A stretch of DNA of 42,058 nt from an uncultured archaeon (GCA_964493715.1 CAZBPC010000022.1:1-42058); one strand, 5' to 3'; numbered from the stretch's first letter, positions 18,805 through 29,080 are shown. Notes: a model not told the origin generated them from the letters alone. Program-made: numbers and translations.

Positions 18805-19929
18805 ATTAGATTACTTGAATATGAGAGTAAGGATATCTTCTTTAAATATGATATTCCTTTACCTGATTATATTGTTATCCAAAAGTATGAAAAAGTTGAG
18901 AAAGAAGTAGTCAACTTCTCATTTCCAGCAATAATTAAATCTCAAATAGCAATAGGGAGCAGAAAAAAAGAAGGGTTGATAAAGATAGTACAAAATCAAG
19001 AGGAGGCAATTTCAACATGCAAGGATCTTTTTAATCGAACTGTTGCTGGCTATAATGTCGAAGCAATTTTAATTGAAGAATTAGTTAACATCAAACACGA
19101 ATTTTATGTATCTATTGCATTAGATGCTTCTGGCAGACAATTCTACATCATTGCAAGTGAAGAGGGTGGAATTGAAATTGAAGAAGTAGCCAAAAAAAAT
19201 TCAGAATGTATCTTTAGAATAAATTTTCCTCTTTCCACTGGTTTAACAGATAAAATTGCCAATAAAATTGCAATCAAACTTGGTTTCACTAAAGATCTGC
19301 AAGAAAAAGCTGTGAGAATTTTCAAAAATATGTGGAATATAACAAAAGATTTGGAAGCTCAACTAGTTGAAATTAATCCTCTTGCACTTACCCCCACAGA
19401 ATTGATTGCAATTGATGGTAAAATGATTTTAGATGATGATGCAAGTTTTAGACAACCAATTATCGAAGAATTTAAAAATAAAAAACAATCCAAATTAGAA
19501 AAATATGCTATGGAAGCAGGATTCTCTTTTGTTAAATTAAACGGAAATATTGGAATACTTGCAAATGGTGCTGGTTTGACCATGGCTTTATTAGATATCT
19601 TATCAAATATGGGATTAAAGCCGGCAAATTTTTTAGATATTGGAGGAGGAGCGTCAAACGAGAGAGTATATAAAGCCTTAATATTACTTTTTAAACTTAA
19701 ACCCAAATGTATATTTATAAACATTTTTGGGGGATTAACTCGATGTGATATAGTAGCAAAAGCAATTGTACAAGCCATTAATGATTTTATAAATTTCCCT
19801 CCCTTAGTTATTAGGTTATCTGGAACGAATGAAAAGGAAGGAATAGCTTTATTAAAAAAAGAAGGAATAGATGCTTATCAAGATGTGATAGAAGCAGTAA
19901 AAAGAGTAAAGGAGGTGTTAAGCGATTAG
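18805..19929 (+). CDS. sucC: Succinyl-CoA synthetase beta subunit; probable ATT start
   Basis: The in-frame extension upstream of TTG 18976 reads (I)RLLEYESKDIFFKYDIPLP...FPAIIKSQ, the canonical SucC N-terminus. Also EINPL, NGAGL, PANFLDIGGG and NIFGGLTRCD. Confidence 0.88.
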   Translation: MRLLEYESKDIFFKYDIPLPDYIVIQKYEKVEKEVVNFSFPAIIKSQIAIGSRKKEGLIKIVQNQEEAISTCKDLFNRTVAGYNVEAILIEELVNIKHEFYVSIALDASGRQFYIIASEEGGIEIEEVAKKNSECIFRINFPLSTGLTDKIANKIAIKLGFTKDLQEKAVRIFKNMWNITKDLEAQLVEINPLALTPTELIAIDGKMILDDDASFRQPIIEEFKNKKQSKLEKYAMEAGFSFVKLNGNIGILANGAGLTMALLDILSNMGLKPANFLDIGGGASNERVYKALILLFKLKPKCIFINIFGGLTRCDIVAKAIVQAINDFINFPPLVIRLSGTNEKEGIALLKKEGIDAYQDVIEAVKRVKEVLSD

Positions 19930-20790
19930 ATGTATATAGATGAAAACTCAAAAGTTGTTGTGCAAGGGATTACAGGCAATCAAGGAGGTTTTCATACAAA
20001 ACTCATGCTTGAATATGGTACAAAAATTGTAGCAGGTGTAAATCCAAATAAAGGTGGTGAAGAAGTTCAAGGAATTCCGGTTTTCAATTCCATCAAAAAA
20101 GCAGTTAATGAAACAAATTGCGATACGAGTATTGTATTTGTTCCTGCTAAATTTACATTTGATGCTGTTAAAGAGAGTTTGTTAGCAGGAATAAAGATAA
20201 GTGTTATTATCACTGAATTAATGCCAGTTTTCGATATGTTAAGGTTGGTAGAGATAGCAAGGGAGAAAAATTTATATTTAATTGGACCAAATAGCCCAGG
20301 AATGATGATTCCGGATAAAATTAAATTGGGGATCATGCCAAGTGATTTGTGTCATTTTGGAGAAGTAGCTGTTATTTCCAAAAGTGGAACATTATCCTAC
20401 GAGATTACTAAAGTAATCGGAACAGCTGGTATTGGTGTTTCAGCTTATATCGGGATAGGGGGAGATCCTGTGAGAGGTACAACAATGTTAGAAGCAATAG
20501 AATATTATAATGAGGACCCAAAAACAAAAATCATTGTTTTGATAGGTGAAATCGGTTCAAATGAAGAAGAAAAAGCAGCATTATTTATAAAGAATAATGT
20601 TGATAAATCAGTTATAGCGTATATTGCTGGAAAAAACGTACCAGAAGGAAAACGCATGGGTCATGCAGGAGCTATTATCTCAGGAGTCTTTGGCTCAGCT
20701 CAAGGAAAAATTAAAGCTTTAAGAAATTCAGGAGTTTTAATTGCTGATAATCCATGGGATGTTCCAAAAATAATAAATGACATTCTATAA
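19930..20790 (+). CDS. sucD: Succinyl-CoA synthetase alpha subunit
   Basis: QGITG, IGPNSPG, SKSGTL, GIGGD and RMGHAGA (phospho-His) motifs. The start abuts the sucC stop. Confidence 0.93.
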   Translation: MYIDENSKVVVQGITGNQGGFHTKLMLEYGTKIVAGVNPNKGGEEVQGIPVFNSIKKAVNETNCDTSIVFVPAKFTFDAVKESLLAGIKISVIITELMPVFDMLRLVEIAREKNLYLIGPNSPGMMIPDKIKLGIMPSDLCHFGEVAVISKSGTLSYEITKVIGTAGIGVSAYIGIGGDPVRGTTMLEAIEYYNEDPKTKIIVLIGEIGSNEEEKAALFIKNNVDKSVIAYIAGKNVPEGKRMGHAGAIISGVFGSAQGKIKALRNSGVLIADNPWDVPKIINDIL

Positions 20791-20981
20791 TTATAATTAA
20801 CTTTTAATTTCTTCAAGAAAGCTTTCCCTATAACGTCCTAATTTAAATAGATTAGTAATAAATATTTTATTTTACTAAAAAAAATTGCTAAAATACATCT
20901 TTTTAAATCTATAATACATCAGATACTCGTTTTTGTTCTCAATAAATAAAACCTTTAAAAAAATAAATATTAGTAACGTCA

Positions 20982-22109
20982 ATGAAAATTTCATCTGCGG
21001 AATATTACAAGAAAGTATTAGGATCTTGGGAAGGTCGCATAGCAGGAGATTATGTTGGAGCACCGGTTGAATTTAAATCTCATGAGCAAATATTGAATCA
21101 ATTCGGAAATATAACATATTTTACTGAACCAATTGATCTAAATTACGTAAATGATGATGAGATGTATGAAATTTGTGCTCTGATCGCTTTAGAAAAAAAA
21201 GGAATAAATCTCAATGCTAGAGATATTGCTATAGAATGGACAGATCTATTGTATGGTTTGAACTTCACCGCTGAAAAGATTGCTTTAGATAATCTCAGAT
21301 CGAATATATGGCCACCTCAATCTGGATTGCACAACAATATCTACTTTGATGCCATTGGGGCACAAATGCGAGCCGATATTTGGGGTCAAATCGCTCCAGG
21401 CGCACCTTCAGTGGCAAAGAGATACGCTGAAATGGATGGCTCTATCTCACATGCTGGAATAGGCATTGAAGGTGAAATTTATATAGCAGTGCTAGTTTCA
21501 AACGCATTTACTGAACAAAATATCAAAACTAATATTGAAAAATCACTTAATCTAATTCCTCCTCCTAAGGAAAGCCTATATTCTCAAATGGTAAAAAAAT
21601 CGATTCAGATTTATGATGAGAATCCATTAGATTTCAGAAAAGCTCTAATAAATTTGATTAGATATTGGGAGGATATTCGAAAAAATGTGTTGAAAGTGAC
21701 AGGAGTTAAAGGATCTAAATCAGATTCCCTTTTAACTCGAAAAAGAAAAATGTATTTGAAGGATAATAGTTCAGTTCACGTTTTACCAAATATTGGTATT
21801 ATTATTTTATCCTTACTTTATGGTTCAGAAGATAAAGATGATCCTTTAGGAAGATCTATTTGCATTTCTGCAATGATGGGGTTTGATACAGATTGTAATT
21901 GTGGAAATATCGGAGCAATATTAGGAGCTCAATTAGGTGCAGCTAGAATCCCTAAAAAATGGACAGACCCCTTAGAAGATAGCTTTTCTACTTTTGTTAA
22001 AGGATATGAAAAATGGAAGATATCTGAATTAGCAAATCGAATTGTAAAAATAGGAGAAATTGTTATTTCAGAAAAATATCACGAATATAATAGGAGTAGT
22101 ATGCCTTAA
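20982..22109 (+). CDS. ADP-ribosylglycohydrolase family protein
   Basis: GDYVGAPVE, NDDE, GAQMRAD, SHAG, GFDTDCNCGNIGAILG and IPKKW motifs. Confidence 0.85.
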   Translation: MKISSAEYYKKVLGSWEGRIAGDYVGAPVEFKSHEQILNQFGNITYFTEPIDLNYVNDDEMYEICALIALEKKGINLNARDIAIEWTDLLYGLNFTAEKIALDNLRSNIWPPQSGLHNNIYFDAIGAQMRADIWGQIAPGAPSVAKRYAEMDGSISHAGIGIEGEIYIAVLVSNAFTEQNIKTNIEKSLNLIPPPKESLYSQMVKKSIQIYDENPLDFRKALINLIRYWEDIRKNVLKVTGVKGSKSDSLLTRKRKMYLKDNSSVHVLPNIGIIILSLLYGSEDKDDPLGRSICISAMMGFDTDCNCGNIGAILGAQLGAARIPKKWTDPLEDSFSTFVKGYEKWKISELANRIVKIGEIVISEKYHEYNRSSMP

Positions 22110-22331
22110 TCATAAAAAGCCGATTATTTTATATTTTGAAAAAAATGAAGAAATCCTTTTTTAAGAATTCATTATCTCTCAGAAAATTCAAGCATGTTAA
22201 TCATATCATCGCAAAAACGGGAAATGCTTCCCATATTAATCATGTTGGAAAAATTTAAATGAAAATAGAATCTAAAGATATTATCTACTATTATGATTAT
22301 TTTGTAAAAACGATAAAAGAGTTAGAGAAAT

Positions 22332-23624
22332 TTGGCCCAGAAGAATGTATACGAAATGGCAGCAAAGAAGTTAATTGCTTCTGAATTACCCAAATATTAT
22401 CCGCAATTCGAGTATCATAATAAAATAGCGATAATCGAGCCTAATACGGATATAGATCAAGTAATTGCTGAAAACTCGTGGATGAAAACTGACAAATTAG
22501 TTGTAAAACCTGATCAACTGTTTGGTAAGAGGGGTAAAGCTAATTTAATTTTACTTGATGCTGATAGCAATCAAATGAAAGAATTTTGTAATAGTAACTT
22601 AGGAAGAGTTCGTGTTATTTCTGGAATTGAAGGAGAAATTACCCGGATGCTTGTTGAACCATTTATCCCACATCAAAAAGAATATTACATCTCATTTACA
22701 ACCGAGAGGGAAAATGATCTGATTCACTTTAGTTTTGAAGGTGGTATTTTTGTGGAAGAAAATTGGGATAAAGTGTTGCATATACCTATACCTGTTGGTC
22801 AAGAAATTCAGGATTTTGATTTAGCAAGCAAGATGCCCGATTTAGGTGATTTGATGGATGTAATAATTCCCTTTATTAAGGGTATGTATCAAGTTTTTGT
22901 CGATCAAGATTTTACTTTCCTTGAAATTAATCCATTTGCCATTACAAAAGAACATAAGATTGTTCCATTAGATGTAAAGGCTCGTTTAGATGACACAGCT
23001 GCTTTTCTTCATGCAGATACATGGGGAAATCCTCAGAATCCTATAGAATTCCCGGCTGGTTTTGGTCAGAAAATGAGTCCTGAAGAAGAAAAAATACAAA
23101 GTCTAGATGAAAAGACGGGAGCCTCACTTAAATTAACGATTCTTAACAAAGAGGGTCGAATATGGACTATGGTTGCTGGAGGTGGAGCAAGCGTTATATA
23201 TACAGATACAATTGCAGACCTTGGTCTTGCAAATGAACTTAGCAACTATGGAGAGTATTCTGGTAACCCTAGTCAAGATCACACGCAAATTTATGCTCAA
23301 ACCATAATTGATCTCATTACCGAATCCCCTGATCCTGAGGGAAAAGAGAAATACTTAATAATAGGCGGAGGAATTGCAAACTTTACTGATGTTAAAGCCA
23401 CATTTGGAGGAATTGTGAAAGCAATCAAGAATTCGGTCGATAAATTAAAGAAGGCTAATGTAAAGATCCTCGTTCGGAGAGGCGGTCCAAATGAAAAGCA
23501 AGGGTTAGAATTAATGCGAAAAGTTGGTGAAGAAACTGGCATTCCAATAGATATTTATGATCGGTATGATAGCATGACACGACCAGTTGCTAGAATGAAA
23601 GAAAAAATGGAGAGTGAATTGTAA
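22332..23624 (+). CDS. aclB: ATP-citrate lyase, ATP-grasp/citrate-binding subunit (AclB in Chlorobium naming)
   Basis: VKPDQLFGKRGK, LEINPF, SLKLTILN, WTMVAGGGAS, NYGEYSG, GGGIANFT and VRRGGPN motifs; TTG start. Confidence 0.92.
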   Translation: MAQKNVYEMAAKKLIASELPKYYPQFEYHNKIAIIEPNTDIDQVIAENSWMKTDKLVVKPDQLFGKRGKANLILLDADSNQMKEFCNSNLGRVRVISGIEGEITRMLVEPFIPHQKEYYISFTTERENDLIHFSFEGGIFVEENWDKVLHIPIPVGQEIQDFDLASKMPDLGDLMDVIIPFIKGMYQVFVDQDFTFLEINPFAITKEHKIVPLDVKARLDDTAAFLHADTWGNPQNPIEFPAGFGQKMSPEEEKIQSLDEKTGASLKLTILNKEGRIWTMVAGGGASVIYTDTIADLGLANELSNYGEYSGNPSQDHTQIYAQTIIDLITESPDPEGKEKYLIIGGGIANFTDVKATFGGIVKAIKNSVDKLKKANVKILVRRGGPNEKQGLELMRKVGEETGIPIDIYDRYDSMTRPVARMKEKMESEL

Positions 23625-25460
23625 ATGGAAAATTATGAATTATTTGATGAAAATTCCCAAGCCATAATTTATGGGTTACAAGCGGCTCCAGTTCAACGAA
23701 TGTTAGATTTTGATTACGTGTGTCGTCGGAAGACGCCATCGGTTGCTGCCATGATTCGACCTACCCAGGAAGCTGCAGTTGCGTATCATAAAGTATTCTG
23801 GGGAAGTAGCGAAATTGTGATTCCTGTTTATAAAACGTTAAGTATGGCAATCAAGAAGCATCCTAAAGCAGACGTTATGATAAATTTTGCATCTTTTCGC
23901 TCTGCATATGATACTAGTAAGGAAGCACTTGATTCAGAAACGATTCGAGTTGTTGTAATTATTGCCGAAGGTGTACCAGAAAGGCAAAGTCAATTACTAA
24001 ATAAAATTGCACATGATCATGAAAAAGTTATTATTGGTCCGGCTACAGTTGGAGGAATACGTGCTGGAGCTTTTAAAATCGCTAATACTGCGGGTACACT
24101 TGAAAATATAATATTATCCAAACTGTATCGCCCTGGTTCAGTAGGTTTTGTATCCAAGTCTGGTGGTTTAAATAACGAAATGAATTTTATGATTGCCCAA
24201 AATACAGATGGAGTCTATGAAAGTATTGCAATCGGAGGGGATCGCTATCCTGGATCCCGGCTAATCGATCACCTTTTGAGATACGAATCAAACCCAAAAA
24301 TCAAAATGCTTGTTTGCTTGGGTGAAATTGGCGGAACAGAAGAATATGAAATAGTTAACGCCTTGAAGAGTGGAACAATCAAAAAGCCCATTGCTGTATG
24401 GGTTACAGGAACTGCCGCGAGAATACTTCCTAAGGGTCTCCAGTTTGGTCATGCAGGTGCAATGGCTGGAAGTGATAGAGAAACGGCTGAAGCCAAAAAT
24501 GATGCACTCAAAAAGGCTGGGGCTATGGTTCCAACTTCTTATGAAGATTTCGATAAAGTAATTAGAGGAATATTTGATAGACTAAAATCTGAAGGTAAAA
24601 TTGAACCAATTGACGAAGTAGAACCCCCCAAAATTCCGCTTGATTTTAATGAAGCTGTTCGACTTGGAATAGTCCGACGTCAAAGTGATGTTGTTGTCAC
24701 CATTTCAGATGATCGTGGTGATGTACCAACCTTTGCTGGTATCGGACTTGATGATATAATCCGTGAACATAAATCAATTGGGTATGTGATTGGACTCTTA
24801 TGGTTTAAGAAAGAATTACCCGAATTCGCTCAAGAATTCATAGAAATGGTGATTAAGCTTACTGCAGATCATGGACCTGCTGTTAGTGGAGCTCATAATG
24901 CGATCATCACTGCTCGTGCTGGTAAAGATTTAATGTCCTCACTTGCTTCGGGAATTTTAACAATTGGCCCTCGTTTTGGTGGCGCAATTTCAGATGCTGC
25001 TAAATATTTCAGGGAAGCTTTACAAAAACAAATGCCGCCATTGGAATTTGTAAGTTACATGAAAAATGTGGCACAAGTGAATATCCCGGGGATAGGGCAT
25101 AGAATAAAATCCGTACAGAATCCAGATGTTCGAGTAACTTTACTCAAAGAATTCGTCTTTAAGAAATTTCCAAAACATCCTCACCTAGATTATGCATTGG
25201 AAGTAGAAAAACTCACAACATCTAAGCGTAACAACTTAATTCTGAATGTCGATGGTTGCATAGGTATTACTTTTTTGGATTTACTGGAAAATCTAGATTT
25301 CACTAAAGAAGAGATTGAAGATGTTATACAAAGTGAGGCATTGAATGGATTATTCGTTCTAGGAAGAACAATTGGAATGATGGGACATGTATTTGATCAA
25401 AAACGTCAACGTGCTGGGTTATATCGTCAACCATGGGATGAAATTTTATTTGGGAGCTAA
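23625..25460 (+). CDS. aclA: ATP-citrate lyase, CoA-binding/citryl-CoA lyase subunit (AclA in Chlorobium naming)
   Basis: QRMLDFDY, NFASFRSA, IGPATVGG, QFGHAGA, ADHGPAVSGAHN, IPGIGHRIKS and LILNVDG motifs. The start abuts the aclB stop. Confidence 0.93.
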   Translation: MENYELFDENSQAIIYGLQAAPVQRMLDFDYVCRRKTPSVAAMIRPTQEAAVAYHKVFWGSSEIVIPVYKTLSMAIKKHPKADVMINFASFRSAYDTSKEALDSETIRVVVIIAEGVPERQSQLLNKIAHDHEKVIIGPATVGGIRAGAFKIANTAGTLENIILSKLYRPGSVGFVSKSGGLNNEMNFMIAQNTDGVYESIAIGGDRYPGSRLIDHLLRYESNPKIKMLVCLGEIGGTEEYEIVNALKSGTIKKPIAVWVTGTAARILPKGLQFGHAGAMAGSDRETAEAKNDALKKAGAMVPTSYEDFDKVIRGIFDRLKSEGKIEPIDEVEPPKIPLDFNEAVRLGIVRRQSDVVVTISDDRGDVPTFAGIGLDDIIREHKSIGYVIGLLWFKKELPEFAQEFIEMVIKLTADHGPAVSGAHNAIITARAGKDLMSSLASGILTIGPRFGGAISDAAKYFREALQKQMPPLEFVSYMKNVAQVNIPGIGHRIKSVQNPDVRVTLLKEFVFKKFPKHPHLDYALEVEKLTTSKRNNLILNVDGCIGITFLDLLENLDFTKEEIEDVIQSEALNGLFVLGRTIGMMGHVFDQKRQRAGLYRQPWDEILFGS

Positions 25461-25604
25461 GGAGAATATTCAAACTATATTTTTACAAATTTAAATTAAC
25501 CTTTTTTGTTTAATTTATAAAAATAATAAATTTTAAGAAATCTAAATAATTAAAAACAAAAGCAAATCAAAGAAAAAATAAAATTGAAATCGAGGAAATA
25601 AAAC

Positions 25605-26816
25605 ATGGAAGATGTAGTTCAAAAGGCAAAGGACCACTTTGAAGGTTTAGTAAGGGTTCAATTAAAAAGAATTGAAGCTTTAAAGAGAGGAGCAGATTGG
25701 ATTGATTATTCTAAATTGAAACCACTCATAATAGGTGTAGCTGGTGGAGATTATATCGGACCAGAAATTACAAAACATGCCGAAAATATTTTAAAGTTTC
25801 TTTTAAAAGAAGAAGTTAAAAGCGGTAAAATTCAGTTTAAAAATATCGTTGGATTGACTATTGAAAACCGAGCAAAATTATTAAAAGCAATACCTGATGA
25901 TGCTCTGGTTGAGCTAAAGAAATGCCATGTGATTCTCAAGGGACCCACCCATACTCCTTCGTCAGCCGATCTTACTTCTGGTAAATGGCCAAACTTAGAA
26001 AGCGCAAATGTGTCGATGCGAAGAGAATTAGATTTATTTGCTAATGTTCGACCAGTTAAAGTTCCCGAGTTAGGTATTGATTGGATCTTTTTTAGGGAGA
26101 ACACGGAAGGAGCTTATGTATTGGGTTCACAGGGAATTAATGTAACAGAAGACTTAGCTTTTGATTTTTGTGTCCATACCAAACAAGGTACAGATAGAAT
26201 CCTGAGATTAGCATTTGATTATGCTAAAAAAACTGGACTAAATAGAGTATCTTTGATTACAAAAGCAAATGTTGTGAAAGCTACTGATGGAATGTACTTA
26301 AACATGGCGAAAAAGCTGGCAAAAGAAGAATACCCAGAAATAAGGTTTGATGATTGGTATATAGATATAATGGCCGCCAAATTAATTGATCCAGAACGTC
26401 AGAGAGACTTTAAAGTATTCGTGGCACCCAACTTATATGGAGATATCATTACTGATGAAGCAGCGCAAATTCAAGGATCCGTAGGTACTGCGGGAAGTGC
26501 AAATATCGGAAAACGCTATGCGATGTTTGAAGCCATACATGGTACAGCACCTAGAATGGTAGAAACAGGAAGAACTAAATACGCAGATCCAACAAGCATT
26601 ATTAAAGCTTCTGCAATGCTCTTAAATCATATTGGATACATAGAAAAAGCTAAAAAGCTAGAAATGGCATTAGATATCTGTGCATTATACGAGAAAAAGT
26701 TAAAAGTGACTGGAAGAGACACGGGTGCGACGGGTGCAGAGTTCGGCAAGTACATAATGGAAACCTTACAAGATCCAAAGATTGAAGAGAAATGGAATAG
26801 CTTTCAAAAAGCTTGA
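25605..26816 (+). CDS. icd: Isocitrate/isopropylmalate dehydrogenase family enzyme, probably isocitrate dehydrogenase
   Basis: GDYIGPEI, LKGP, SANVSMRRELDLFANVRP, RENTEG, NLYGDIITD and FEAIHGTAP motifs; lies directly downstream of aclBA. Substrate is inferred from context. Confidence 0.75.
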   Translation: MEDVVQKAKDHFEGLVRVQLKRIEALKRGADWIDYSKLKPLIIGVAGGDYIGPEITKHAENILKFLLKEEVKSGKIQFKNIVGLTIENRAKLLKAIPDDALVELKKCHVILKGPTHTPSSADLTSGKWPNLESANVSMRRELDLFANVRPVKVPELGIDWIFFRENTEGAYVLGSQGINVTEDLAFDFCVHTKQGTDRILRLAFDYAKKTGLNRVSLITKANVVKATDGMYLNMAKKLAKEEYPEIRFDDWYIDIMAAKLIDPERQRDFKVFVAPNLYGDIITDEAAQIQGSVGTAGSANIGKRYAMFEAIHGTAPRMVETGRTKYADPTSIIKASAMLLNHIGYIEKAKKLEMALDICALYEKKLKVTGRDTGATGAEFGKYIMETLQDPKIEEKWNSFQKA

Positions 26817-26817
26817 T

Positions 26818-26860
26818 TTGACATTTTTTAAAAAGTCGAAATTTCTAATTTTTTTTATCT
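26818..26860 (+). terminator. Putative terminator (imperfect hairpin plus T-tract)
   Basis: TTGACATTTTTTAAAAAGTCGAA followed by a T-run directly after the icd stop. Confidence 0.35.
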
Positions 26861-27252
26861 TATTTATAAAAATTAAAGCAAGTTGTTTAAATCCGTTTTT
26901 AAACACGAGTTTATGGACTTGAAATGTAATAAATTAATTTATATAATTAATACATAAATTTTAAATACCTATTGATTTAAAACCAAATAAAGCAATAGAT
27001 AAACTTGATTCAGACTTTATAAGTTAATTCTTAATTTTTAAAAAAAAAATTAAAAAAAAATATTTTTTTAGCTTTTTAATATTCAAAACAAGATAGTTTT
27101 TCGCTTGAATAATTTTCTCTCTTTTAAAATGAGAGTATGATAATATTATAATTAATTAAAGATAAGTTAAAATAGAAAGAATTAATTCTTATGTAATAAA
27201 ATTCAAATCAAAACAATTAAATGTTAATCATTAATAAAAAAAGGAGAGATAT

Positions 27253-27945
27253 ATGAGTGAACAATCTAATCTACCTTCAGAAAGTCAAATTAACAAAGAA
27301 ATGAAACATGAAGATAAAGTATTTTTAAGGAGTTATTCTAAAGTTATTTTCCTTTATCCCCTTTTAATTACATCTTTCGTATTATTTTTAATGCAATATA
27401 TTAGTGGAACGAATGAACCATGGCTTGGAGCAATTTGGCTTACAGTTTTTTTCTTTAATTTATTCATTATTGCTTTCGACACCTCATCAACTAAATTCTT
27501 TATATTACTATTAATCGTAATTATATTAGTATTTCTCTTTGTTTTTCTCTTACATCCAAAAGCAATAATTGGTCAAATATTTTCATTTGAATTCTCAATT
27601 ATAATGAATTATCAATTTTATTTGGCTTCCACGGTAATTTTAACCATTATATTTATTATAGCTTTGATTGCACCTATGTTTAATTATTGGAAAATAGAAA
27701 GAAACGAAGTAATTCACAAAAAAGGGATTATTGTTTCGACTAAGAGGTATCCTACAAAAAGCCTACGTATTGAAAAATATATTCCCGATCTTTTTGAGCT
27801 TTTACTATTAAGAGCTGGATCAATTCAATTGTTTTTGGGAAACGAGGAAGTAGCTCATCTTGATACTATCTTAAATATCCATAAAAAAGCAAAAAATATA
27901 GATTTTTTACTTAGTGACATTCAAGTTGAAGTTGAAAAAAATTAA
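27253..27945 (+). CDS. Hypothetical multi-pass membrane protein with a C-terminal soluble domain
   Basis: About four hydrophobic segments; AGGAGAG ribosome-binding site upstream. Confidence 0.75.
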   Translation: MSEQSNLPSESQINKEMKHEDKVFLRSYSKVIFLYPLLITSFVLFLMQYISGTNEPWLGAIWLTVFFFNLFIIAFDTSSTKFFILLLIVIILVFLFVFLLHPKAIIGQIFSFEFSIIMNYQFYLASTVILTIIFIIALIAPMFNYWKIERNEVIHKKGIIVSTKRYPTKSLRIEKYIPDLFELLLLRAGSIQLFLGNEEVAHLDTILNIHKKAKNIDFLLSDIQVEVEKN

Positions 27946-28135
27946 AAGCTTCAGTTCCCTTAAGGATTTGTCGAAGGAGTATATATAATATTTAAATTTG
28001 TATGGCAATTTACAATACCCAATAAGGTCAAACAGAGCAAAAATGTTAGATTGCAAATTTAAAAATAAATTTCTTCTTTTTTTTCATTGAAGTTCGAATT
28101 TTGATGAAATGAGAGAGTAAGAAACTAGATTTCAT

Positions 28136-29080
28136 TCAAATGAAAGCCAAAGTTTGGTTCAATATAACAATTGTTAAAATCAAGAATAATAAGCTAATTG
28201 CTGCTGGTAATATCATTATGCTATAACCGTACTTAGTTTGATCTAAATGAGTTCTTCTATGGATGTAATAATAGAGTAGTGCGCTAAATCCTATTCCGAA
28301 TATAATGAAAAGTGATATTATTCCAAGTAAATCATTTTTGTTTCCATAGCTATCGGGAACGAAATTAATATTAAAATGAAGTGGAATTGTTTGGGGTAGT
28401 TGAAAATAGATAAACAGAAAATAAGCTAATCCCGTAATTGAAAGAATAATTGAAACGATAAATAAGGATAAGGCATATTTAATGTCTTTTGAAGAGCTTT
28501 TAGTAACTTTAAAGGGTTCGGGTTTTTTTATAACTTGTGGCTCAATATTTCTCCCGATCCTATTTAAATTACTAATAAATTCATCTTCTTTAGCAGGCGT
28601 TAATCCATAAAATTTCTTTTTTTTTCCATTCGTTTCAATGAACAATAGATTATCTAGTTTAGTGGCATATAAATAGACAGTCTCGAAATTTCCTTCGATT
28701 AAAAATTTGAATTTTCCAAACAAATATCCTGGAATCCCTACACCACCCAATCTAATACCCTCATAATCTTTCGTTTCCGATTTAATTATTCTTTTAATCG
28801 AATCAATCGGAATTCTTGTAGTTTTTAATCCCCACTTAATTAAAAGAAATTCGTTTGTTATGATGTATTCCAGTTCATAGTATGCATAAATTAATAATGA
28901 AAATATGGCGATAATTGCTATAAAAAAACTTAACATTAATAGAAAAACTGAAACACTCTGAATACTCGAATATATTGAAACTAGTATAGTTAAGAACAAT
29001 ATAATAATTGCTATTGTAGTAAAAATTATATATTTCCCTCCATTTGACTTTGCAGGTTTAAATATTTGATAATCTGACAT
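28136..29080 (-). CDS. Membrane protein with a bacterial PH-like domain and a DUF1648-like domain
   Basis: GIRLGGVGIPGYLFGKF (bPH-like) and YFQLPQTIPLHFNINFVPDSYGNK (DUF1648-like); several TM helices. Confidence 0.75.
   Translation of the reverse strand: MSDYQIFKPAKSNGGKYIIFTTIAIIILFLTILVSIYSSIQSVSVFLLMLSFFIAIIAIFSLLIYAYYELEYIITNEFLLIKWGLKTTRIPIDSIKRIIKSETKDYEGIRLGGVGIPGYLFGKFKFLIEGNFETVYLYATKLDNLLFIETNGKKKKFYGLTPAKEDEFISNLNRIGRNIEPQVIKKPEPFKVTKSSSKDIKYALSLFIVSIILSITGLAYFLFIYFQLPQTIPLHFNINFVPDSYGNKNDLLGIISLFIIFGIGFSALLYYYIHRRTHLDQTKYGYSIMILPAAISLLFLILTIVILNQTLAFI

Noticed and set aside
22190-22250. GGGAA-ATGC-TTCCC stem and imperfect flanking dyad upstream of aclB
   Set aside because: The 5-bp stem and imperfect arms are too weak to call without conservation data.
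26861-27252. Very AT-rich intergenic tract as a replication origin
   Set aside because: No ORB-like repeats or adjacent orc1/cdc6 gene were seen, and other intergenic regions are similarly AT-rich.
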